From NCBI GenBank assembly GCA_002269645.1, contig NIVC01000004.1, positions 248,001-312,000 on the forward strand: a stretch of 64,000 nt of DNA. The letters run 5' to 3'. The translations under genes and the position numbers were made by a program. The notes under the pieces were generated by a model. The model was not told the origin of the DNA and searched no databases. It was given only the letters and a program-made list of their open reading frames with translations. This DNA comes from Macrostomum lignano (lineage: Eukaryota). The stretch's first letter is position 1, and each line of letters starts with the position of its first letter. Shown here piece after piece: positions 1-14,293 of this stretch.

Positions 1-1665
1 ATGACATCCAGCGACTCGGCTGGTGGCACCTTCGGCATGGGGTGGTTGATGTGCACAACGTCGCCCTCCGGCAGGGAGAACGAGGCGATCATGGTGAAGA
101 TGGCGCGGTCATCCTGCACGCCTTCGATGCTGCGGCTACTGTAGGAGCGGCCGTCTCGGACTCGTCTGACCCGAAACTCGACGGGCTTCGTCTTGTCACC
201 TGTGGCAGGGGGTGCGCGACCGTGATTGTAGGTAGCTAATTGAGGGTCTGAGAGGAGCTTCAGTCTTATTAATATAGGTGATCGATGCTCCCAACTGTCA
301 CTGGGTCCCCTCCCAACTGTCACTGGGTCCCCTCCACACTGTCTGAATTAAGGTCAAGACAGAACTTTATTGTGGCATAAAAGCACGAAAAACATTACAG
401 GCTACAAACCTGCCTTATATTGAAACTATTTGTTATCGATCGACTGACCCACCGCAACCCCCAACCCGCGCTAGCAAAGTACATGCAGCGAGAGAGAGAG
501 AGAGAGAGAGAGACACCAAAACAACTTAACCTAGCCCCCGGCCCCGCTCCCGGCGCGCACGCAGGCCAAGCTACCACATCCTGCTTGCGACGCCATGGTC
601 AAGTCGCGCCCAGTAAACGATGACAAGACCGCCCGTAGGCTTGGTTTGAGTCAAGTACAAAGTTGTATATTTGAGAAGAGCGAAATATTGCAAAGATTGT
701 GAGATACGAGGTGGTAGGTGGCGAGACTTAAAACTCAGGATCGATCACTACTGAATATTATCATGTCAAGGGGGAGAGAGAGAAAGTACACAGAGCAGCG
801 TACACCGGGGTAGGCCGGTTTAGCTAGTTAAGGCTGGTTGGCTAGTTAGAGTTACTCATTATTGAACTCAGGTGAGTCAGGTGCAGTGCAGTACATCAAA
901 ACACGCCCGGAACCTCATCTCCCCCCTTCGAATCGCAACGGGGACACGCCTCGATTCGCTCGGAGGTTGTAGCTCGGTCTCTGAGCCGTAGTCGCCTTGT
1001 CAGTTCCGGCTATGCCCTCCGCTAAGCGGTCGTGGCCACCGGGCTCGGGGTTACTCGGGACTGAGCTCGCCGCCGGCTTGTTCTCCGCCTGCTCTGACGT
1101 GGCCGAGACCGGAGGTCCGTCGCTGCCGGGCGTCACCGTTGGTAGGTCGGCGGGCTCGCCGTTCAGGTCGGTTGTCGCAGTCGCGCCGCCTTCATTGTTG
1201 TCAGGCTCGTGTCGCCGAAGTTGGTCCAGGTGGGCGAGTGTGACCGTGACCCAAAGCTACCACGTTGGGAGGACTGGATCCCTCCCAACTGTCACAGGGC
1301 CGCCGCTATCCCTTCCCCACCCGCAGGGCTCCAGACACTCACCGGCAGCGATGAAGTAGCTATGGAGGCTGTGGCAGAACCTGTCCTGCGGCACGGTGCG
1401 ATAGGCGGCCGAGAGGCACTGGGCAGCCACCTGACCGCCAAAGATGGCCCGCTTCGTGCCCTGCCACATCTGCGAGTCGCTGGGGAAATAAAATTATGCT
1501 CAGCGGATAAAACTCGATCCCGAAAAAATGCGATTAGAAAATAATGCCTCCAGCTGCTTACCTGGGCAGCAGCACGGACCGGAATACGTCCTGGCCGAGC
1601 GGCTCCAGCTCGAACAGCAGTCGGGCCAGACTGGCGAAGTAAGAGACTCGAGACGCCGTAGACTC
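1..1665 (-). CDS. ACOT8: Acyl-CoA thioesterase 8 (TesB family), 5' part; exons 1665-1562, 1479-1343, 199-<1; continues off the window
   Basis: Joined exons read ...LFELEPLGQDVFRS...IFGGQVAAQCLSAAYRTVPQDRFCHSLHSYFIAAGDKTKPVEFRVRRVRDGRSYSSRSIEGVQDDRAIFTMIASF. This matches the ACOT8/TesB motifs LEPLDEDLFRG, FGGQ, HSLHxYF and RxRxGRSFxxR. Splice sites are GT-AG with compatible phases (2,1). No in-frame ATG upstream of the acceptor at 1666-1667. Confidence 0.88.
344..1260 (-). mobile_element. 5'-truncated Ty3/Gypsy fragment (pol C-terminus, PPT, probable 3' LTR about 344-917) inside an ACOT8 intron
   Basis: Minus strand encodes VTLAHLDQLRR...RPSYNLRANRGVSPLRF, a typical Gypsy pol tail. It is followed by the polypurine tract GAAGGGGGGAGA (929-918), then TG, an internal (CT)n, AATAAA near 370 and a CA end. 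The motif ctcccaactgtcac occurs on both sides (288-301, 310-323, 1282-1295). Confidence 0.6.
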
Positions 1666-1769
1666 CTGAAGATTAACAGGATTTGTTTTGATGGAGCAGT
1701 AAATTCTACTGTGCCTCTGATTGTTGCCCTACTAGATCATGCCCTAACCGTTTGAGGACACGGGGAAGA

Positions 1770-2175
1770 GCGGAGTGGGATTCAAGCAAGAGTGAAGTGG
1801 GACACAGGGAAGAGCGGAGTGGGTCAGGTGTGGGACACAGGGAAGAGCGGAGTGGGTCAGGTGTGGGACACTGGGAAGGGCGGAGTGGGACAGGTGTGGG
1901 ACACTGAGAAGGGCGGAGTGGGACAGGTGTGGGACACTGAGAAGGGCGGAGTGGGACAGGTGTGGGACACTGAGAAGGGCGGAGTGGGACAGGTCTGGGA
2001 CACTGGGAAGGGCGGAGGGGACAAGTGTGGGACATGGGAAAGGCGGAGGGGGACAAGTGTGGGACACAGGCAAGAGCGGAGTGGAACAGATGTGACTCGG
2101 GGGAAGAGCGGAGTGGGTCAGGTGTGGAACACTGGGAAAGGCGGAGTGGGACAGGTGTGGGACACTGGGAAGGGC
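1770..2175. repeat. About 33-bp G-rich minisatellite (gtgggacaggtgtgggacactgagaagggcgga)n
   Basis: About 12 units visible directly; explains the repetitive ORFs at 1706-2246. Confidence 0.95.
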
Positions 2176-3137
2176 TTGTATCGGGTAAGTCTGAAGACAG
2201 GTGCAATGAAGAGATAATCCCGACGAATCGTAATATTAATCCCTAGAGATTTAGAGCAGAGGAGACTAAGCAAATGAGAAGCAGGTTGGACAGGCAGTTT
2301 CTGCCGGGTCGAAAAGATCAGACCTGATATCTAGTAGCCTAGTGAATATCAAGGACTCATTTTTAGCACAGAAAAGCGAATAAGGGTTATTGAAGTAGAA
2401 AATTGAATGTACCGGTAACCTTGCTGATATAAATTCCACAATAGTCCATAGTTGGATGGCCTTGAATGCTGTTTAGCGTAACTAGGAAACTGGAAACTGG
2501 ATTGGGGGGTCTCTGAATACTAACCGGGAGGCCTAAACCACAATTCGACAGTCAATGTTTAGCCTCTTAGACCAATTTCAGCCGCAGATAAACACAGAGG
2601 CCCAGTTCAACTATACACAGTAAATTATAAAGTCGAATTCCACAGCGATTTAATGAGTGAACGACGAACACGAAAGGCGGTGATAAACGATCGAACACGT
2701 GAGAGCGGGTTTTATTTGTCACAAAGTTGGTAAAAAGAGCAGCCGAAGCAGCCCGGCGGTGCAGCCAGAACTAACTAATAACCGATAATTAAATAGATTA
2801 AAATATTATAAGAGACTCGGGAGCAGGCGGATGGAATACTGTGGAGGCGGGAAGTGCTGACTGGATGTGCTGGTGGCGCGGACAGAGGAAGTGCGGAGCG
2901 GACCCGCAACCAGTGGACTCGGGCAGTAGTATGCAGGGTATAGATAGAAGATTTTGGAAAATAGTAGAAAAGATTTTTTAGGCGTAGAGAGCAAAAAAGC
3001 ATCGACCAGTGTTCAGATTGCACTAGCAAAAGCTGACGAGAAAAGCATAGAAAAAAGAATACAACGCGGATTGCAGTGCGGATTTGGAGACGGGCGCCAT
3101 TAGAGTGCGTAGGATAAAAGTACACATTTCAGACTCG

Positions 3138-4900
<1,763 letters not shown>

Positions 4901-6659
4901 CTAACAGAAGGGCCAGGACGGGGCCGTGTTCGCCTATTTATGACAGAAACAAACTGGCTGAGTCACGCCAGCCGAATCTCTTTCCCTCCCTGCCCACTCC
5001 CTACCAATGGAAGTTCAGCCAGCCATGCAAGGCAACGCTCGCCTAACGGGGGTGGGTTCGGGTTGCCGGGGACGGCTGCAAAGCCTCCGGATCGAGGCAA
5101 CGCAGTGTGTAGCAGCAGAAAAAGGATGAAATATAGGTTGGTTAGTCAATAGTGGCTGTGCACTAAACAGACTGCAAAACTAAATGCATGCCGCCAGATT
5201 CAATGCACTGCACAACTCTGGTCTGATAAGAGAAAAGAGGAAGGACAATTTCCTTAGATTCTATTTCACAAATAGTCGATATAGTCGATACAGAACTGCC
5301 GCGTTCGCAGCAAAACAGGCTTAAACCCTTGCAATTGTCAGCTAGAAGAAATGAAACACTACCCGGAGACATTAGATCTAACCAGAAAGTCAGTCTGCAT
5401 AAGGAAAAAAGTAAGAAATTTGAGCAGAAAAGACAAAAAAACGGGCCGGACACAAAGGAATGCTAATATTTAACTTACCAAATAATAGCTAGGTCTAGAC
5501 CGTCTAGTCTGCTAACTGAGAGCTGTGTTTGTGCCTTGGACTGACTTGGCTGAGCGAGAGAGGAGCGAAGGGAAGGACAGTCTTACTTTATTTCCTGCTC
5601 CACCCTTTTAGCTGGGACCCCCACCCCACGCCGGGGGTTGGCTGTCTGGGACTGGACAAGCCCGGAGTGGGGTGGGTGCATTAGCCCTTGCTGCGGCCCA
5701 GCCCATCCCGCCCATGGTCAAAAAACACGCCTTGCTGAGTCAGGCGCAGCTCAACCGCTGGATTGGGGGCAGGGGTAGAATTATATTTTATGAATCGATA
5801 AATTCAATCAAAAATGCAAGCCTTAAACACTGTTTATACCCTGACATAATAGTCTATTTTAGCATTATTATTACACAGCCAATTGTGCAGCAGTTAGTCG
5901 ATTTAAAATCAAAAGCCATAAAATAGAGGGAAGGCGGCGATGTACACAAACTAATTGATTTTACAGCTGTCTGCACGAGATACTAGAAGACTGACTGGAT
6001 GGGCCACTTAGCCCATTTGCGTGTAAGCTACTGCCAGTTAATTAAGTAGAAAGTTAAACAGAAGAATTTTAATGCATTTTAAAGACCGCTAATTTATCTG
6101 CTCTCGTTGCCTGCCTCTTAGCTTAAACCCTTTAACTGAATCTCTCCATACAAAACCTCTACCAGTCCCACTGACCCAATTTTATTGCCTTTCTCGGCGT
6201 TCATCCTAAGCTGCAATGTACATTTCAGTGGCTAATGTACATTATGGGCTGAACCAATAGCAAATTGTTTACGCCTACAGGCTAGGCTTCTAAACTTATC
6301 AGTCAGTCAGCTGCTTAAAGTAGCTGATGTATGTATTATTTCTTGCTACTGAACTGGAAGTAGAAAGCTGTTTTACCACGCATTTTATGCCTAATTGGCC
6401 CATCGAGTTTATTAGTATGTGATATGCACTGACAAGAAATGCCTCTAGCTCTGACAAACATGCGAAAATGGATACTCAGCCTCAGACGCATTCTGCAATC
6501 AGCACTGTAAAAACTCACCCAAAACACTTTGAAAATTATTCAATTGTGACAGTTTAAATCCATCGAAAGTCTGTATTATTTCCCTCTAAAAATAGTACTA
6601 ATACGTGTACACTTCAAAGAAACAGGCAATAGAGTTAACCTAAATTATGGGGTAGCTGA

Positions 6660-6970
6660 AACCTGTGTTGAATGATGGGATAGCAAAACCCTGTGCTGAA
6701 TGATGGGGCATAGGAGCATCTTGTGCTGAATGATGGGGCATAGGAGCATCTTGTGCTGAATGATGGGGCATAGGAGCATCTTGTGCTGAATGATGGGGCA
6801 TAGGAGCATCTTATACTGAATGATAGGATAGCAGAACCCTGTGCTGAATGATAGGGCATAGTAGCATATTGTGCTAAATGATGAGGAATAGCAGCATCTT
6901 ATGCTAAATGATGGGGCAGAACCCTGTGCTGAATGATATGGTATATTAGCACCCTGTGCTAAGTGCTAGG
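6660..6970. repeat. 30-bp minisatellite (tgtgctgaatgatggggcataggagcatct)n with degenerate edge units
   Basis: Four perfect units plus about six diverged units seen directly. Confidence 0.92.
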
Positions 6971-6981
6971 GTAGACATCTC

Positions 6982-7246
6982 CAGGGGCATAGCCAGGATT
7001 TTTTTTTGGGGGTATCGGTTAGCTGTTATCAGAAAGCAAGGGCTTGAGATCCACATATCCCCTTAATGTATTTCTAGTGCATAATACATATGATTACTCT
7101 ATTTGTTTGTTAATTGTTATTCTTTCGATTTGGATACCTTTCTCTTCCTTAACGGTCACAACTGCAACTGAAAAAAGGAAAAAATGTTGCTTTGGAAATT
7201 TGGGGGTATCGGCCGATATACCGATACCCCCCTCGCTATGCCCCTG
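6982..7246. mobile_element. Non-autonomous hAT-type MITE, 265 bp
   Basis: TIRs CAGGGGCATAGC / GCTATGCCCCTG; 8-bp TSD GACATCTC at 6974-6981 and 7247-7254. Confidence 0.9.
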
Positions 7247-7770
7247 GACATCTCATGTAAATAATAGATTAGATTAGCAGACTTAAGTCAATTGTCTTTT
7301 ATCTTTTCAAGGTAGGTATCAATTCTATTGATCAGAGTTTTCTCTGCATAAGGAAAGCTATGCAAAACCTACATACAAGAGTAAGAGAATCCTATATACT
7401 AAAAATTATTGGCTAAAATGTCTTGCATTTTAAGACTACTTGTTAGGTTGCATTATGTGTTAAAACAATCTATATGTTTGTTCAATGTGTTAAATAAATA
7501 CAAAAATATTTTAAAACTAAGAATGATTATCTAGTTTGAATATGCAACCTACTAGTAATTAGGTAGAATACCAACTTACAGTCCTATGAATAAGAATTGA
7601 AAGTGAATCTCTTTGTTATATTTTTTGCTTATTTATTTTTTTGACTAGCTAAAATTAAATACAATTTTGTGTATTGCTTTGGTTCTATTTTTGGCTATAA
7701 ATATAAGTTTGTTATGGTTTTGTATAAAAATATATTGGCTTTGAACATGTTTATTTTAGTATTCTTCTTA

Positions 7771-8839
7771 TGAGGGCTGAGCAATAAGTTTCTAGATATG
7801 CATAGTTGAGAGGTGGCTGACAAAATCTAATATCATAGGTGTCAAGTACATTATATGTATATATAATGTTTGTTAAAGTTTCAGACATATTAGTCATATA
7901 TATAGTGTCTGGCCTGTTTCCACAATGACTAAGGATAATGTTGCTGCTGTCTAGGCCATGGTTAAGGATGATACCCAGTGACTATGGCCCAGATAGAGGC
8001 AGAAGTGGGCATCTTATCAGGATCCATCATCCTACATTCACAGCTTAACTTAAGCAAGATTTCTGCACCCTAGGTGCTTCATAAGCTGACTCCGGAGCAG
8101 AAGGAGGCTTGGGTTACCTGGTGCCATAGCCATACCATGCTTGACAGATTCAATGGAGGTAGCTCAAACTCAGTCTGGGATATTGTCAGTGATGACAAGT
8201 CTTGGATCTATAGTTTCAACTTGGAGACTAAACAACAGACGGCCCAGTGTATTCTAGTTAGCAGCATACCAATATCCAAGCTTCAGCGAGAGCTCAGCGT
8301 GGCGAAACAGATAGTGACCATTTTTGTGGCAAAAACTGGTCATCTGGCTATAGTTCCACTTGTGTAGTAGCGCACAATCACCAGTGACTAGCAGGCCAAC
8401 GTTTGCCTGCCAGAAGTGCTAAGCACTCTCTCTAGGCATTGCCCAAGGACTCCAGCTTGGGGCATCCTTTTCTATCACGACAATGCCTTAGCCCACAAGG
8501 CTTGACAAGTGGCGGAGTTCCTGGCTAGAAAGCACATTCAAGAGCTTGGTCATCCACCCAATAGTGCCAACCTGGCCCCTTGCATTTTTTTGTTTTTATA
8601 AATCAAGTATAGGATACATAGAATGCACTATGGATGCACCAGAAGCTGCAAATAGAGGCATTCATCTGGTATATGGAGGAGGTGCCTACTTTAGATTAGT
8701 CCAGCTGCTTTAGCAAGTGGTTCAAGTGCATGAAAATTTGCATTGAGTCTGCTAGAGAATACTTTGAAAAGAAAGATATAACTGTTTTTTCTTTTTAACT
8801 ATTTCTATTTCTATCTAGAAATGTATTGCTCAGCCCTCA
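7771..8839 (+). mobile_element. Decayed mariner (DD34D-type) element
   Basis: About 26-bp TIRs TGAGGGCTGAGCAATA..TTTCTAGA at both ends, TA on the left. Interrupted transposase remnants HKLTPEQKEA, DDKSWIY, HDNA and HPPNSANLAPC. Confidence 0.85.
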
Positions 8840-9251
8840 ATATTGTTAGTTTGCACTTATTTAATTATCTGTTTGAAGTCTTTTCAAAGAATCTTTATAA
8901 TGATAAAATATATATCAATTTAATATATAGTTGTTGTTTAGAATAAAATAGTTTTATGATAAATATTAAATATATATTGGTTAAATACTAATTAGAACTC
9001 TTGCTTTATACAACTAGGCCTAAGCCATTTATCTATTCTCTAGAATTATGATTTTAATCTTATATAGTTTGTGGTTATTTTAGTTATATTAGATTTATTT
9101 GTGTATATACATAGATATTAGATAACAATTAAAAAGAACTAAAACCGTAAAAGCAATATATTTGACATAGAAATTAGTCAAATATAAAAATTTATATAGA
9201 AAATAGTCATTAAAAAATTAAGACTATGAGTGCTATCATTTTTTGCTATGT

Positions 9252-9283
9252 GACATGTTTTGCCTCATATCAGGCATCATTAG
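9252..9283 (-). ncRNA. Degenerate minimal type I hammerhead ribozyme motif, probably inactive
   Basis: Minus strand reads CTAATGA-T-GCCT-gatatg-AGGC-AAAA-CATG-TC. Two G->A changes restore the CTGATGA...GAAA core, with intact stem II and a palindromic CATG loop III. Confidence 0.45.
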
Positions 9284-11269
9284 GGCTTTGGCCCTTAAGA
9301 TGAGCTTAAGCATACACCTAGAATAGGCCCTACTCTAGAGGGCATGGGCACCATGATTGGCAAGTTGCTTATTTAGGATTGGTCATTGGTCATTATGGTT
9401 TTTTATAACTTTGTTAAGAATTGAAATGCCATGTTCCCAGCTCTTTTCGGGCAGGTGTCACATACTAATTTCAATGCTCTGGTAGTAAACAGAGACCAGA
9501 GTATCACTATAGGGCCTATACTACATAGGTAGAACTATCCAACACCTATATGTGAGAATTTAAGAATATGTGCAAAAGATATTGGCCATGCACAACTAGG
9601 CCTACCTGCACAACCACAAAGAATGCTGTGACAGCCTAATTGATAAAAAAATTTCCACCATCCATTGCTCAAATGAGTTATGACATGAGTTTATACTACT
9701 ATGACTGTACTGTATGACATGAGTATAGTCTAGACAAAATTGTTATTGCTTTCGATAGGAAGCAGACCCAATTTTCATCTTTTGATATGATGTGTCCTTC
9801 TTATAGCTCTATTGATATTCATAAAGCTTTTAGTTCAGAAAAATTAGGATTTTATGCTAATTAGCTAATGCAAGCAATCGGTCCAGATGTTGTTTATATG
9901 AAAATTTAATCGGAAATAAAAATTGAAATGTCAGAAAAGGTTAACAAAATATGTTTTCTGTGTTGTATATAACGCAATGTTTCGCCTTGTTGCAATTTTT
10001 TACGTTATCAGTTAACGTAGTTTCTATCACAGACTAAAAAAATAAAAGCAGAATTTATCTATTGTATTATTTACAGATTTAACTTGTACACTAATTACAT
10101 TATTTATATGTTTTGTCATGTTCTATGACAATAATTATCGTAGTATGCTTTAAATAATGACGTTTTAAAAAGTCTATTTTTTATTAGTTTAATAACTTCC
10201 CTTTTTATAGTTCCCCGGAATAGAAAGCTGTTGCCGTAATTATTTGACTTAATCGAAATTTAGTAAATTAAAGTTGCCCAACAGCCCAACCCAATCATGC
10301 CTTAGATATTTTCTTATGATTGGCGATTGCTATTCCTATAGTTTTGAGTCTATTAACTACAGTAAGAATCAAATGTCATTTTAAAATGCTTTTCGAGATA
10401 AAAGATTCATGATTCATGATTATTTTAGTTCTCAGTTAGAAGGACAATGTTGAGTCTAAAATCAAAATAATTGTTTTCTATTTCTTTCAAAGCAGGTCAG
10501 CAGGACTTGATTCAATGTCTTTGTAAATATTTAATAGTTTCAATATTTAGTATTCCTTGAGTAACTAAAATTTTAAAGCTGTCAACTGTCATAAGATAAT
10601 TTTGAAATTGCAATAATTTCATTTATTTCTATAGTTCTCTGTAGCAACAGTTTTAAGGTGTATTTCAGATATATTTAAATTGAATTGTACTTTTATGACT
10701 TATAAAAAATAGATTAATTTTATTTGCCTTAAATTTGTAGGTAGTTTTGAGCTATATTTAATTTAATTTTATTGCAAACATTCTTATCAAATCAACTCTT
10801 GTCTTCAATAAGAAGTATATATTTGTGAAGAATGTTTTATATAGGATAGGCCTATCATAACCAAGATGGCCATATACTAAGATGGCCACAGCTCTAAGTG
10901 GATGCTTGGATAAGAATAGGTCTATATATTTCCTTATTTCCTATTGGCTGTGATTGAGGTGGGGTATGACCTAGCTTCAAGTCTTGGAGAAGACATTTTG
11001 TTAGTGATATTAGATTAGTAAAACAAAAAAGATCTCAAAAAGAATGAATGCAATAGCTAAGTTGATTTAACTAACATTCTAAATGTTTTTTGTCCAAGAA
11101 CACTTTTTAGGATTTGCAATTGGAAAATTTTTTGAATATATAGTAGAAAGCTAAACACAAATTCATTGAACTTTATAATTTACTTTTCCTGGCAGATTCT
11201 CATCAAAAAACTCTGTTGGTTCATTTAATTATAGGCTAATCTCTGCAGAGTATATATTTTTACTGTGAG

Positions 11270-12640
11270 AGGAGAGGGCAGAGAAGAAGGGGAGAGAGTA
11301 GGGAGGGAGAAATGGGAGGAGAGAGTAGAGGTGAGAAGAGGGAGAGATGAGAGAGATGAGATGAGAGAGGAGAGAATAGATAGGAGAAAGTAGAGAGCAG
11401 ATAGAAGACAGTAGATATGAGAGAGGAGAGAGATAGATAGGAGAGAGTAGAGAGATGAGAGTGGAGAAAAGAGATATTAGGGTGGAGGGTGCAAGCAGAG
11501 AGAAGAGAGGAGAGATGTTAAAAAGGGTAGTACAGATTAGAGATGAGGGAGAGAGGAGATGATAGGAGAGAAGATCGAGACAAGAGAGGAGAGAGAATAG
11601 AGATGATAGGAGATATGAGAAATGAGAGCAGAGAAGTAGAAAGAAGAGAGGAGAGAGAGAAGAGGAGGGAAGTTTTGAGAGAGGGGAGAGTGAGGAGTGA
11701 GAAGAGGGGAGAGAGGAGAGTGTAGAGAGCAGAGAGAAATGAGAAGAGATAAGAGAGCAAGCAGAGATAAAAGAAGAAAAATGAGAGTCGAGAGATTAAA
11801 GTTAAGAGAAAAGAGATAAGGTGGTAGAGATGACAGAAGAAATGAGAAATGAGAGATGAAAGATGAAAGAGAAGAGAGAGGAGAGTGGAGAGAGAAGAGA
11901 AGAGAAGAGAGGAGAAAGGAAAGAGAGGAGTCATTGACGGGAAATAAGAGTACAGGGAAAAGACATGAAAGAACATATAAGAGATTAAAGTTGACAGAAG
12001 AGAGAGGGGAGAAGAGAGAACAGAGACGAGAGTAAATTGACAAGAGATGGGAGAGTAGAGAGAACAGAGGAGAGAGAAGAGATTATGGAGACGAGAGGAG
12101 AGAGTAGGGAGAAGAGAAATGTGTGAGAGCAAAGAAGAGAGACAGAGGGAGAAAGAAGTGGAGTAAGCAGAGAAGAGGGGAGAGAATCGACAACAAGGGA
12201 AAAAAGAAAGAGTATGGAGAGTATGGAGAGGGGAGAAAGTAGAGAGAAGAGAGATGGGGAGCGGAGAGCAGAGAGATAAGCAAGAGGAGAGAGGAGAGAG
12301 GAAATAAGAGAGAAGATATGAGATGAGAGAGAAGAGAGGAGAGAAAATAGAGGAAATGGAAGAGACGAGAGTAGAGGAGAGCAGAGAGAAAAGAGTGAGG
12401 AAAGAGGAGAGAGAAAAGAACAGGGAAGAGATGAGATGAGAGAAGAGAGAGGCAAGAAAAAAGAGAAATGTGAAAAGATAAGAGAGCAGAGATAAAAGAA
12501 GAGAAAGGAGGGATGAGAGAAAAGACGTGAGAGAAGAGAGGTGTGGGAAGAGACAAAAGAAGAGGGGAGAGAGGAAAGAGGAAAGAAGAGATGACAGGAG
12601 AGACGAAAGATGAGAGAGAAGAGAGGAAACAGAAGCGAAG
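11270..12640. repeat. 1.4-kb polypurine (GA-rich) low-complexity tract
   Basis: Almost purely G/A on the plus strand; source of the spurious Leu/Ser-rich ORFs. Confidence 0.95.
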
Positions 12641-12723
12641 ATAGAAGTTCAAAGGATCCGAGGGATGTACATGTAGAGAGAGGCAGAGGTCAGAGTTTTC
12701 CTGACTTTTCCAATACACGTTTT

Positions 12724-12792
12724 AGATCGACATTGCCTGACATTCTGCGCAGCACCCCAGCCAACGAGATCAATGCTTGCCTCAAATCTTAA
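12724..12792 (+). mobile_element. Helitron PIF1-like helicase fragment
   Basis: FRSTLPDILRSTPANEINACLKS resembles the Helitron helicase motif DFRQTLPVIPRSTPADELNACLK. Short isolated fragment only. Confidence 0.55.
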
Positions 12793-13259
12793 TTTTACAC
12801 GAATTTACTCCATTTTATGTTCATCTCCATCCTAACTATTAACAAGTTTTTGTTTGAGTATGACTTCAAATTTTAGAATACGTGCGAAAATAATTCCGGG
12901 GATTGGAATTCCACGGGTTCAAGATCCACAGGTTTTAACAGCTTACAAGTGCTCGTATAAAAACTATTGCTTCTAAAATTAAAATTGTAAAAAAGAAAAA
13001 AGGGTTTTTCAAACTATTTTTGGAAAATCCAAAGTGAAAAAACTGAAAGTGGGGGTCACGGGGGGCGTGGCCTAATTGGAGGGGGGCAGGCCTACTACTA
13101 GCACAACACAAGACGCTTGATTTTTGTTATCATGGATAATAGTTTCAAACCTATCTCAATATACTAAAACTGATGTGTTGTTTGTATATGTTAAAAGTTA
13201 AAGGTAGAGGTTAAATTAAGGTATTAGTTATGATAGAAGTAAGCAAAAATTGGAATGCC

Positions 13260-13830
13260 CTCTTATCTCTTATCTTTTCTCTCTCTCATCTCTGCCCTCT
13301 CGTCTCTCATCTTTTCTCTCTCTCATCTCTGCCCTCTCGTCTCTCATCTTTTCTCTCTCTCATCTCTGCCCTCTTGTCTCTCATCTTTTCTCTCTCTTAT
13401 CTCTGCCCTCTCGTCTCTCATCTCTGCCCTCTTGTCTCTCATCTTTTCTCTCTCTCATCTCTGCCCTCTTGTCTCTCATCTTTTCTCTCTCTCATCTCTG
13501 CCCTCTTGTCTCTCATCTTTTCTCTCTCTCTCATCTCTGCCCTCTTGTCTCTCATCTTTTCTCTCTCTCATCTCTGCCCTCTCGTCTCTCATCTTTTCTC
13601 TCTCTCATCTCTGCCCTCTTGTCTCTCATCTTTTCTCTCTCTCATCTCTGCCCTCTCGTCTCTCATCTTTTCTCTCTCTCATCTCTGCCCTCTTGTCTCT
13701 CATCTTTTCTCTCTCTTATCTCTGCCCTCTCGTCTCTCATCTCTGCCCTCTTGTCTCTCATCTTTTCTCTCTCTCATCTCTGCCCTCTTGTCTCTCATCT
13801 TTTCTCTCTCTCATCTCTGCCCTCTCCTGT
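13260..13830. repeat. CT-rich compound minisatellite (tctcatcttttctctctctcatctctgccctcttg-like units)
   Basis: Seen directly; open in three frames only because the unit contains no stop codons. Confidence 0.95.
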
Positions 13831-14293
13831 ATCATCTTTATATCACCTCTTAGGGCCTACTATAAGTAGGAAATTAAGACTTGTAACCATTTTTGTCTTT
13901 AACCCAATATACTCATAAAATTTTCTGACTGCCTGTCTAAACCCCCATTGCAACCCCCTATCTCCCCAGCCAAAGCTATCATCCAATAGTAAACCAGTTG
14001 TCATTTTCCGTGACCCCTACCCTAGCTGTGGCCATCTTGGTCTTACACCAGGCCTATACTATAAGATTTCATGCTAAATTATTTTTTAAAAGGAGGTAAA
14101 GTAAAATTTGTGATTTGTGAATTTGTTGTTTGTGATTTTTGTGGCCTAGAAAATATAGTAAGTGGATAACACTGATAGCATTAAATATTCATTACAACTC
14201 TACACATTGCACTTCTGCTGTCTGAGTTAGATTTTCTTAGGTTCACCAAAGCGTGAATGCACAACTGTCTTCTCATGTCTAAATCATTGCAGA

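Noticed and set aside
11518-13918. Multiple 150-220 aa Leu/Ser-rich ORFs
   Set aside because: Artefacts of the GA-rich and CT-rich low-complexity tracts.
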